This document shows, one piece after another, positions 1-7,425 of a stretch of 37,942 bases of DNA. The position numbers and the translations under genes are program-made. The first letter of the stretch is position 1. Each line of letters starts with the position of its first letter. This DNA is from Bacillota bacterium (GTDB lineage: Bacteria; Bacillota; Sulfobacillia; JABLXB01). The stretch lies in NCBI GenBank assembly GCA_018434225.1, contig JAHDPS010000002.1, positions 1 to 37,942 of the forward strand, read 5' to 3'. A model generated the notes under the pieces. It did no database searches. It saw only the letters and a list, made by a program, of their open reading frames with translations, and was not told the DNA's origin.

Positions 1-703
1 GCTGGTCCTCGATGAAGGACTTCAGCATGTCGGCGGACGGGACGAAATCCGCCTTCACCAAGGATACGCGGCGCTTTACCTCGCGGACAAGCTTGGGATT
101 CGCCACCCCCTCCAGGTATACGATCGCGAACGGGACATTGCTCCTGGCCCCCACGTGCGTTCGTTCACACACCAGATCCGGAGTCGCGAGGTGGAGGCGA
201 ATCAAGGCGAGGTTCGTGCGTTGGTCCTCCACAAATCCCGTGTGGGGGCCCCGAACTATGGCCTCGGCCGGAGATTCCCCGACCGCGCGATGCTCAATCG
301 ATCTGGTGTCCCACAAGAGCGACCAGCGGGCGCCGTCCACCAGCAAGACGGTTGAGCCTTCAACGAGGCCCGAAACGACTTCCGAGTACGCCAGGGCCCG
401 CAGGACGATGGCGCCGGGCACCGATCGAACGATGGTATCCTGGAGCCGGGCGCCCGGCAATCCGGCACCTTCGATTCGGAACAGCGCCTTCAATATGGTG
501 TCGCGGATCGCCGCGGTATCGACGATGTCATCCAGGAAGACCAGGGCCGCCTTGAGCCCGCCGTTGCGGCGTCCGAGACTGAACCGGCGGATCACCAGGC
601 TCGAATTGCGCGGGGAATGGAATACGTGGTTGATCGCCGCGAGATTCGCCTCAAGCGATCCGCTCAGGGCACTATCCAGTAGCCTCCGCTCATCCTCGGA
701 CAT
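1..703 (-). CDS. Spore germination protein, GerA-family A subunit (N-terminal part; CDS runs off the left edge)
   Basis: Absent from the ORF track because there is no stop in the window. My reverse-strand translation from ATG at 703 reads MSEDERRLLDSALSGSLEANLAAINHVFHSPRNSSLVIRRFSLG...ESPAEAIVRGPHTGFVEDQRTNLALIRLHL...VYLEGVANPKLVREVKRRV. This fits the GerAA/GerKA N-terminal pattern. There is an in-frame stop upstream at 803-805. The plus ORF 12..824 is its Arg/Ser-rich shadow. Confidence 0.75.
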   Translation of the reverse strand, partial: MSEDERRLLDSALSGSLEANLAAINHVFHSPRNSSLVIRRFSLGRRNGGLKAALVFLDDIVDTAAIRDTILKALFRIEGAGLPGARLQDTIVRSVPGAIVLRALAYSEVVSGLVEGSTVLLVDGARWSLLWDTRSIEHRAVGESPAEAIVRGPHTGFVEDQRTNLALIRLHLATPDLVCERTHVGARSNVPFAIVYLEGVANPKLVREVKRRVSLVKADFVPSADMLKSFIEDQ

Positions 704-915
704 GCCGCCGAACGGCGATCTGCCGCGCGGCCACTCATCTCGCGGTGACCTGGTAGGTGATGACGCATGGCGCCGGGATTTCAGCCAGCCGAACAGACTG
801 CCTCACTCCACAATATGTCTGTGAAGGTATCCTTACCTAGTGTCCGTCCTTGTATGCCGTCTCACCTCGAAGGTGCGTCTTCGGGCCGCCGCAGATTGGC
901 GCGGTCGCCGCGTCG

Positions 916-942
916 GGATATCGTCCTGTCTGGATATCGTCC
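916..942. repeat. Direct repeat GGATATCGTCC x2 (916-926 and 932-942, period 16) just upstream of the rpsT -35
   Basis: Read directly: gGGATATCGTCCtgtctGGATATCGTCCcgtgtcc. It lies in the divergent gerA/rpsT control region. Confidence 0.6.
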
Positions 943-949
943 CGTGTCC

Positions 950-979
950 TTGCGCGCGCCGGAAGGAGCGTGGTACAAT
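950..979 (+). promoter_or_regulatory. Putative sigma-A promoter of rpsT (extended -10)
   Basis: The -35 TTGCGC is at 950-955, followed by an 18-nt spacer. TGgTACAAT at 971-979 gives TG plus -10 TACAAT. GGAGGTG RBS is at 991-997, ahead of GTG at 1007. Confidence 0.55.
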
Positions 980-1006
980 GTTCTGGCGTGGGAGGTGACG
1001 TGACGA

Positions 1007-1273
1007 GTGGCCAACATCAAATCGTCTATCAAGCGGGCGAAACTCATTGCCGGAAGAACGGCGCGCAATAGATCCATCAAATCAAGCGTCCGCACTGCGG
1101 TGAAGAGGTTCGAGACAGCGCTGGCGAAAGACCCGGGGGCCGCCGGAGATACATTGCGCAAGGCATCCGGAGCCCTAGACAAGGCCGTTTCCAAGGGAGT
1201 CATCCACAGGAACGCGGCCGACAGGAAAAAGTCCCGCTTGGCCCGGAAGCTAAATACGAAATCCTCCCAGTAG
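1007..1273 (+). CDS. rpsT: 30S ribosomal protein S20
   Basis: 88 aa: MANIKSSIKRAKLIAGRTARNRSIKSSVRTAVKRFE... This is the classic S20 N-terminus. GTG start with a GGAGGTG RBS. Confidence 0.95.
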   Translation: MANIKSSIKRAKLIAGRTARNRSIKSSVRTAVKRFETALAKDPGAAGDTLRKASGALDKAVSKGVIHRNAADRKKSRLARKLNTKSSQ

Positions 1274-1302
1274 GAGCAAATACTCACCCAATTGGATGGC
1301 GC

Positions 1303-1330
1303 AAAGACTGCTTCACCCGGCAGTCTTTTT
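1303..1330 (+). terminator. Rho-independent terminator-like hairpin after rpsT
   Basis: AAAGACTGC (1303-1311) pairs with GCAGTCTTT (1320-1328, one G-U), followed by a T run (cagtcttttt). It lies inside the annotated 5' end of ORF 1296..2930, which argues for the later start at 1350. Confidence 0.6.
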
Positions 1331-1349
1331 CCATGTCGAGGGGGCGGCC

Positions 1350-2930
1350 ATGATGGGGGACAAGCATAACCGCTGGCCCAATGGGGGCGAACCCAACACC
1401 AACGCACCCCGCGGCCGCACGCGTGGCCTCGCTTCTTTAGTTCTGGCGCTGGTGGGCCTCCTGGCGATCGCCCCGGCATGCTCTTACAAGCCCGCCGCCA
1501 CTTCGCCGGTGAGAGTCGCGGCGGATCCATCGATAGCGACGCGCCTGGAGGGTGTGCTCGGCAATGGCTTCGAGGTGATCCCGTCGCAGGCGGGATCCAT
1601 CGCCGCGCTGGTTTCGGAAGGGTCGGTGGAAGCCGCTGTCTGCCTTCAGCCGGTCGATACCGTATCTACGACGTCTGAGAGGGTGACGTCCCTGCCACGC
1701 TTGTGGGCTGCCCAAACACTCGGTTCGGGCGAATCGATGACCCTGGAGCAGGCGCGGGGTCTCCGTCCGGCCGTGCGATTGCTGGCCTCGGGCGGAGTCA
1801 GGCCCACGTACGAAGATGTCGCATCGGGGCGGTACCCCGCCCAGGACCCCGTGTACCTGGTTAGGAGGAAGCGGAACGGCCTTGCGGCGCTGATTAGCGG
1901 GATCGCGGGCCGCCGCGATCGCAGCGAAACAGTCGCGGACGCCCTGGGACGGGAGGAAGTGCCCGCGGCCCTCGCGGGCCTGAAGAAGACGGTCTCACTG
2001 ACGGTCGTGGGGGACATCATGCTGGCGCGCGGGGTCGGCGGCTACATCAAGCGATTCGGCCTCGACTATCCCATATCGCTGGTTGCCGACATCACATCGT
2101 CGTCCGACATCGCGTTCGCCAATCTAGAATCGCCTATCGGAGTCACCGGGCACCCTCTGCCCGGAAAGATGATCTGGTTCAGGGCCGAGCCCGAGACGGT
2201 GGAATGCCTTTCAAAAGCGGGGATAGACGCGGTCACCCTGGCCAATAACCACACCCTCGATTATGACTCGGAGAACCTTCTCGAGACCATCTCCATCCTC
2301 GACTCGAAGGGCATCGCACACACCGGCGCGGGGTCGAATATCTCGGAAGCGCGCAAGCCGGCGGTGATCGAGAGAAAGGGCCTTAGAGTCGCCTTTCTCG
2401 GGTACAACGAGTTCGCCAATCCATCACTGTTCTGGAGCGCGAAATATCCACGAACGCTAATGGCCGGCGCCGATCAACCGGGAACCCCGCCCATAGACAT
2501 GGAGATGATCCGCGAGGACATCATCGCGGCGAAGAACGCGGCCGACGTGGTCGCGGTCTCGTTTCACTGGGGGCAGGAGTACACGAATCACCCCCTGCCC
2601 TACTTCGGCAAGGACCTCAAGCGGATAGCCAGAGAGACCATCAACCTTGGGGCCGACATGGTCCTGGGCTACCACCCGCACGCCATCCAGGGAATCGAGG
2701 TGTATAAGGGGAAGCCCATAGCATACAGCCTGGGCAACTTCGTGATGGACCAGAAACGGCCGGTGACGTGCGAAAGCATGATAATCCAGTTCCACCTATC
2801 CAAAGACGGGGTCGAATTCATGGAGGTCACCCCGGCTACGATCGAAGAAGGCAGGCCTCGCCCGCTCGAAGGCGAGGAGGCGCGTCCCCTGATGGAGAAG
2901 ATACGCTCGATATCCGCCGGTTTGAATTGA
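1350..2930 (+). CDS. CapA-family (PGA_cap metallophosphatase-like) protein with N-terminal membrane anchor and an extra ~200-aa N-terminal domain
   Basis: The C-terminal half carries CapA signatures: LTVVGDIMLARGV, FANLESPI, LANNHTLDY, VSFHWGQEY, GYHPHAIQG, SLGNFVMDQ. The hydrophobic N-terminus is LASLVLALVGLLAIAPAC. I chose ATG 1350 (GAGGGGG RBS at 1338-1344) over ATG 1296 because 1296 overlaps the rpsT terminator. Confidence 0.85.
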   Translation: MMGDKHNRWPNGGEPNTNAPRGRTRGLASLVLALVGLLAIAPACSYKPAATSPVRVAADPSIATRLEGVLGNGFEVIPSQAGSIAALVSEGSVEAAVCLQPVDTVSTTSERVTSLPRLWAAQTLGSGESMTLEQARGLRPAVRLLASGGVRPTYEDVASGRYPAQDPVYLVRRKRNGLAALISGIAGRRDRSETVADALGREEVPAALAGLKKTVSLTVVGDIMLARGVGGYIKRFGLDYPISLVADITSSSDIAFANLESPIGVTGHPLPGKMIWFRAEPETVECLSKAGIDAVTLANNHTLDYDSENLLETISILDSKGIAHTGAGSNISEARKPAVIERKGLRVAFLGYNEFANPSLFWSAKYPRTLMAGADQPGTPPIDMEMIREDIIAAKNAADVVAVSFHWGQEYTNHPLPYFGKDLKRIARETINLGADMVLGYHPHAIQGIEVYKGKPIAYSLGNFVMDQKRPVTCESMIIQFHLSKDGVEFMEVTPATIEEGRPRPLEGEEARPLMEKIRSISAGLN

Positions 2931-2973
2931 TCCCTCGAACTCCAGGAATAATCTGAATCGAGGTGAATCCACG

Positions 2974-4254
2974 ATGAGAATCCGGCTGATCGCCCCCGCC
3001 AACCGCAGGGCGGATGCGCCCAAGCAGGGCCTCTTCCCTCCCATGAGTCTCGCGATCCTGGCAGCGCTGACCCCCGACAAGCACGAGATCGAAGTAGTGG
3101 ACGAGAGCGTGCAGGATCACACGGTCGAACCGATCCCCGACCTCGTCGGCATCACCGCGATAACGTCCGTCGCCCCGCGAGCCTACGAACTGGCGGATGA
3201 GTACAGGCGACGCGGGGTAAAGGTGGTGCTGGGCGGGATGCACCCATCCGCGCTTCCCGATGAGGGTATCGCCCATGCCGACGCGGTGGTCGTCGGCGAG
3301 GCGGAAGGGGTGTGGAGCGCCCTCCTCGAGGACGCGGCGGCCGGCAAGTTGAAACGGATATATCGCGGAGAGCGAGCCCCCTCGCTATGTGGTTTGCCGT
3401 CTCCAAGGTGGGATGCGTTCGACGCGAAGAAGTATCTCACCCTGAACCTGGTGCAGACATCCAGGGGATGCCCGAACAATTGCTCCTTTTGCTCCGTCAC
3501 CAGGTTCTTCGGCAAGACATACCGGACCCGCCCCGTCAAAGAGGTGGTCGACGAGATATCGAGACTCGGCCGCAAGCTGGTGCTCTTCGTGGACGATAAC
3601 ATAGCGGGCAACCGGGCCCACGCCCGCGAACTATTCCGCGAGCTCAAGTCCCTGAGAATATCCTGGCTCGGCCAGAGTTCGTTGTCGATCGCGGAGGATC
3701 AGTCGCTGCTCGACGCCGCCAGGGACAGCGGGTGCACGGGGCTTTTCATCGGCTTCGAATCGCTCGTCTCGGAGAACCTGGAGAGGATCGGTAAGGCCAT
3801 GGTGAACAGGGCCGATAGGTTCCTGGAATCCATCAAGCGGATCCACTCGCGCGGCATCTCCATAGAGGGCGCGTTCATATTCGGCCTGGACGGGGATGAC
3901 AGCACGGTATTCGCAAAAACGGTCGAGTTCGCGACGAAAGCGAGACTCGCCCTAGTCCAGTTCGGCATCCTCACTCCCTTCCCCGGGACGCCGCTGTTCG
4001 CGGACATGGAGAACTCGGGCAGGATCGTGGACCGGGACTGGGGCAACTACACGATCTCCCACGTGGTCTACCGCCCGGCGAACCTATCCGCCGAGGCCCT
4101 GCAGGAAGGCTTCCTCAAGGCCTATCGCAAGTTCTATTCGCCGCTTTCAATAGCGCGGCGGCTGCTTCCCTCGTGGCGGCGGCGGCCGTTCCTATTCCTG
4201 ACGCTGAACATGCATTTCGCCAGGATCGCCGCGACGATGCAGGGTCTCGACTAG
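2974..4254 (+). CDS. B12-binding-domain radical SAM protein (class B type), function unknown
   Basis: The N-terminal Rossmann-like B12 domain contains LVGITAITSVAPRAYELADEYRRRGVKVVLGGMHPS. It is followed by TSRGCPNNCSFCSV (CX3CX2C). GAGGTG RBS, 43 nt after the CapA-like stop. Confidence 0.9.
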   Translation: MRIRLIAPANRRADAPKQGLFPPMSLAILAALTPDKHEIEVVDESVQDHTVEPIPDLVGITAITSVAPRAYELADEYRRRGVKVVLGGMHPSALPDEGIAHADAVVVGEAEGVWSALLEDAAAGKLKRIYRGERAPSLCGLPSPRWDAFDAKKYLTLNLVQTSRGCPNNCSFCSVTRFFGKTYRTRPVKEVVDEISRLGRKLVLFVDDNIAGNRAHARELFRELKSLRISWLGQSSLSIAEDQSLLDAARDSGCTGLFIGFESLVSENLERIGKAMVNRADRFLESIKRIHSRGISIEGAFIFGLDGDDSTVFAKTVEFATKARLALVQFGILTPFPGTPLFADMENSGRIVDRDWGNYTISHVVYRPANLSAEALQEGFLKAYRKFYSPLSIARRLLPSWRRRPFLFLTLNMHFARIAATMQGLD

Positions 4255-4261
4255 GGGAACT

Positions 4262-5116
4262 CTAGGAGATCTCACCACCTGTGTATGAGGCGACGTACTC
4301 CGCGTATACCCTGGAAAAAACGGGGCCTGGCCTGGCGTCGCCAATGGTGGTGCCATCCAGGTTGACCACCGGCATTATCTCAGTGATCGTTCCAGTGACC
4401 CATATCTCGTCCGCTCTCGCCATTCGCTCAAGCGAGATCGGTTCCTCTCCGACATTTATGCCCAGCGATTCCGCTATCTCAATAATAGCGCCTCGGGTTA
4501 CTCCGGCTAGGATATAGTTAGTGAGCGGCGGCGTGACCAGCGCACCTGACTCGACAATGAACGCATTACAGCTCGAACACTCCGTCACGAAGCCGTCCCT
4601 GATGAAAACCGCTTCGTAAGCGCCGGCCCTTTCCGCCTTTCTCCTGGCGAGTATGTTGGGAAGGAGGCCGGTGGACTTTATGTAGCACCTAGACCACCTG
4701 TCATCTGGAACCGTGATGGCTTTCACTCCTTGCTTCCTGTATTCCGCCGGCGGACCGTCGTTGTCGCGCCCGATTATCACGAGCGTGGGCTCGATGTCGC
4801 AGGGTACGGAGTGGTTCCGTGGGCACACACCGCGTGAGACCTGAATGTATATGCTGGATTTCTTCAGATTGTTGCGGCGGATTAACTCCGTGCACACGTC
4901 AGTCAGCTCCGCCCTACTAATAAGGGGAATATCTATCTCTCTCGCGCTCGTCTCGAGCCGGTCCATGTGCTCTTTCATCTTGAACAGCCTACCATCGTAC
5001 ACCCTTATTACCTCGTATACCCCGTCCGCGAACTGGTAGCCCCGATCCTCGACGCCGATCTTCGCCTCACTGTAGGGCATGAAACGCCCGTTCAAATACA
5101 ACGTGATTTCCTTCAA
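4262..5116 (-). CDS. dat: D-amino-acid (D-alanine) aminotransferase, class IV PLP enzyme
   Basis: LYLNGRFMPYSEAKIGVEDRGYQFADGVYEVIRVYDGRLFKMKEHMDRL is the Dat signature. The ORF extends to ATG 5185, but TTG 5116 is preceded by AGGAGGTG (5123-5130) with a 6-nt spacer and gives a typical N-terminus MKEITLYLNG. The start is uncertain. Confidence 0.85.
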   Translation of the reverse strand: MKEITLYLNGRFMPYSEAKIGVEDRGYQFADGVYEVIRVYDGRLFKMKEHMDRLETSAREIDIPLISRAELTDVCTELIRRNNLKKSSIYIQVSRGVCPRNHSVPCDIEPTLVIIGRDNDGPPAEYRKQGVKAITVPDDRWSRCYIKSTGLLPNILARRKAERAGAYEAVFIRDGFVTECSSCNAFIVESGALVTPPLTNYILAGVTRGAIIEIAESLGINVGEEPISLERMARADEIWVTGTITEIMPVVNLDGTTIGDARPGPVFSRVYAEYVASYTGGEIS

Positions 5117-5328
5117 CGAAACCACCTCCTGAATCGCTGACGCTCTGCCCAGCCCGAGTGTTTCACCTTCATTATATTCGGGCACTCCTCACACACTATG
5201 ATAACCCCAGCCATCCCAATATTCCAGCGCCGCGACCAGCGAAAGGGAACACCTGCGCCCTCGTTCCCGTCAAATCGAGTGCCAGGTAGATAAAATTCCG
5301 TAGTTAGAATCCCAAGGAGTGATTCCGA

Positions 5329-6375
5329 ATGATAAGACGCACCATGCGGCTCGTAGCCGCAGCGCTGATGGCGGCATTGGCCATCTCAGCATGTGGATGC
5401 CTCGGCCGAAAGACTCCACCGGACCCGGTGGCACAGCCGGAGAATCCCCCGCAGAACATCGGGGCAGGCGTGCAAATCTCCATATACCTTGCGCGCTGGA
5501 AAGACTCCCCCGGGCTCGAAGCGGTGGGTCGAATCGTTGTGCCCAAGGAAGGCGCCGGTGAGGCTGAACTCATCAAGACCGCCGTTGAGTCGCTTATAGC
5601 GGGGCCTACAGAAACGGAGAAGTCCAGCGGTTTGTCGGGGACGCTTCCGAAGAGTACGACGGTACGCTCGGTCAAGGTCGACGGGACGATCGCCACTATC
5701 GACTTCAGTAAGGAGATAATTACGAAAGCATCGGCCGAGGCTGCGGTCAGCGGCACCGGCGAATCTTTAGCCCTCGAATCCGTAAGGAAGACCGTAGCGG
5801 GCGTTGTGGGCGGCTCGTCCAAGATAGAGAAGGTCAAGATCATGATCGAGGGAAAGTCCAAGGGCCAGGTTGACGGCAGGCTCGTCGAGGATTTCTGGGG
5901 CCACGTGGGACTACCTGAATACCTTCTCCTCAAAGGCGAGGGCGAGACCGAGCCGAAGGCCGGTGGGCCCGCGGAACAGAGCGTGGGGAAACCCGCGGAC
6001 GGCATGGCGATAAAGTCGGTGAGGTGGTCCTCCGACGCCTCCAAGTTCAGGTTCGTCATTGATATCGAGAACGCCGACGGGACCGCCGCCGCGCACTGCC
6101 CCGCGGTAAAGGCCTCTCTTTCGGCGAGTTCGAGAGTTATTTCGATAGATGTGAACGGCATCCGCGCGGTCAAGGAGGCGAGGCTGGTGGCGGGGAAGCC
6201 TCTCAAGATAAGCGCCGGGTGCGCCAGGACCGTCACCCGGATCGCCGATGAGTCGCGAGGCGACGATCAATGCGTGACACTGGCCCTGGCTCTCGATCCA
6301 GCGAAGTCGTACACGTATAAGATGTTCTCGCTGTCAAAGCCCGTGCGCGTCGTCATCGACGTCTTCCCGAAGTAG
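5329..6375 (+). CDS. Lipoprotein with a GerMN (sporulation/germination) domain fused to a C-terminal AMIN-like domain
   Basis: The signal peptide plus lipobox-like region is MRLVAAALMAALAISAC. GerMN-like region: IYLARW...LIKTAVESLIAGPTETEKSSGLSGTLPKSTTVRSVKVDGTIATIDFSKE. C-terminal repeats of the AMIN type: FRFVIDIE, ISIDVNG, KPVRVVIDVF. AAGGAG RBS. Confidence 0.75.
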   Translation: MIRRTMRLVAAALMAALAISACGCLGRKTPPDPVAQPENPPQNIGAGVQISIYLARWKDSPGLEAVGRIVVPKEGAGEAELIKTAVESLIAGPTETEKSSGLSGTLPKSTTVRSVKVDGTIATIDFSKEIITKASAEAAVSGTGESLALESVRKTVAGVVGGSSKIEKVKIMIEGKSKGQVDGRLVEDFWGHVGLPEYLLLKGEGETEPKAGGPAEQSVGKPADGMAIKSVRWSSDASKFRFVIDIENADGTAAAHCPAVKASLSASSRVISIDVNGIRAVKEARLVAGKPLKISAGCARTVTRIADESRGDDQCVTLALALDPAKSYTYKMFSLSKPVRVVIDVFPK

Positions 6376-7384
6376 GCCGTCCATCCCCTCCTGCGAGGCA
6401 CCGACGCAGGCGAACTATCAGGGTTTCTATCGCGATGGAATCATCCAGCAAGCCGGAGTTCAGGGCAACACCCGTTTCCAGGATTGCCTCCATGCAGGAG
6501 GCGATCCCCTTTTTGGAAAGCCCCCTGCTCTGAGAAAGGAATCTCTTGGCCTGGAACGGCCTCAGCCCCGCCTCGCGCGCGGCCGCATCCGCGCTCGAAC
6601 CCCTGCTCATCAGGAACTTCAGCCTATACATGGTCCTAAACTGCCAGGCGAGCGTCTGCATGATCTGGCGCGGGTCTTCGTTCCGCAGGCCGAGCGAGCC
6701 GGCCAGGGCGATGGACTTGTCCACTTCACCCGCGACAATCGCGTTCACCAGATCGAACACGGTGGCCTCGGAATGGCCGAATCCCACCGCCTCGACGTGG
6801 GACACGTCTACGACGGGGTCATCGCCGGAATAGTCTATGATCTTATCGATCTCGGTGTCGGCGAAGTCGGCATCCTCGCCAATCATGCCTACCAGGGCCC
6901 ACACCGCGTCGGGCGTCATGTCTTTCCCCGCATCGCGGGCGCGGGACTTGACCAGCTCGGAAACCGATCCCCTCCCGCTGGAACAATCCACAAGCCCGCC
7001 CATATCCTCCACAAGCTTGACGAAAGCCTGTTGGTTGGGCCTATCTTCCTGGAACATCACGAGGATGGAAGAGTCCGGCGGCGCCTTCAGGTACGAGAGG
7101 ATCACGGGATCCGCGCGTTTAGAACGGAGCCATGACGGATCGGTCACAAGCACCAGGCGCTTTCCCGATCCGACCGGAGCGGTCCTCGCCAGCGATACGA
7201 CGTCGCCGGCGGTGCCCTCTCTGCCATCCACCGGCGAGAAGTTGAGATCCTCCCACTCAGGCGACACATAATCCTTGCGCAGCGCATCCACCACCTGCAT
7301 GGCGAATGTCCTGGTCCCATGAAGGAGATATACGGGCGAGGCCTTACCGCGCGCGATCTGCGATAGCGCAATCTTAAAATCCAA
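6353..7384 (-). CDS. holA: DNA polymerase III subunit delta
   Basis: 343 aa with SPVYLLHGTRTF... at the N-terminus. The position is directly downstream of comEC, as in Bacillus. TTG start with a GGAGGGG RBS. The 23-nt convergent overlap with the 5329..6375 CDS is tail to tail. Confidence 0.85.
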   Translation of the reverse strand: MDFKIALSQIARGKASPVYLLHGTRTFAMQVVDALRKDYVSPEWEDLNFSPVDGREGTAGDVVSLARTAPVGSGKRLVLVTDPSWLRSKRADPVILSYLKAPPDSSILVMFQEDRPNQQAFVKLVEDMGGLVDCSSGRGSVSELVKSRARDAGKDMTPDAVWALVGMIGEDADFADTEIDKIIDYSGDDPVVDVSHVEAVGFGHSEATVFDLVNAIVAGEVDKSIALAGSLGLRNEDPRQIMQTLAWQFRTMYRLKFLMSRGSSADAAAREAGLRPFQAKRFLSQSRGLSKKGIASCMEAILETGVALNSGLLDDSIAIETLIVRLRRCLAGGDGRPTSGRRR

Positions 7385-7425
7385 TCAAACCCCTCCGAAG
7401 CCCTGGAGTTCTTTTCGGCAACCGC

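Noticed and set aside
12-824. 270-aa plus-strand ORF at the left edge
   Set aside because: The composition is Arg/Ser/Thr/Pro-rich with no recognisable family. It is exactly antisense to a clean GerA-family reading frame, so it is a shadow ORF.
862-1530. 222-aa minus-strand ORF spanning rpsT
   Set aside because: It is antisense to the unmistakable S20 gene and its terminator, with low-complexity Arg/Pro/Gly composition.
5304-6236. 310-aa minus-strand ORF
   Set aside because: It is antisense to the GerMN lipoprotein gene, is Ser/Pro/Ala/Thr-rich, and has no RBS or family signature.
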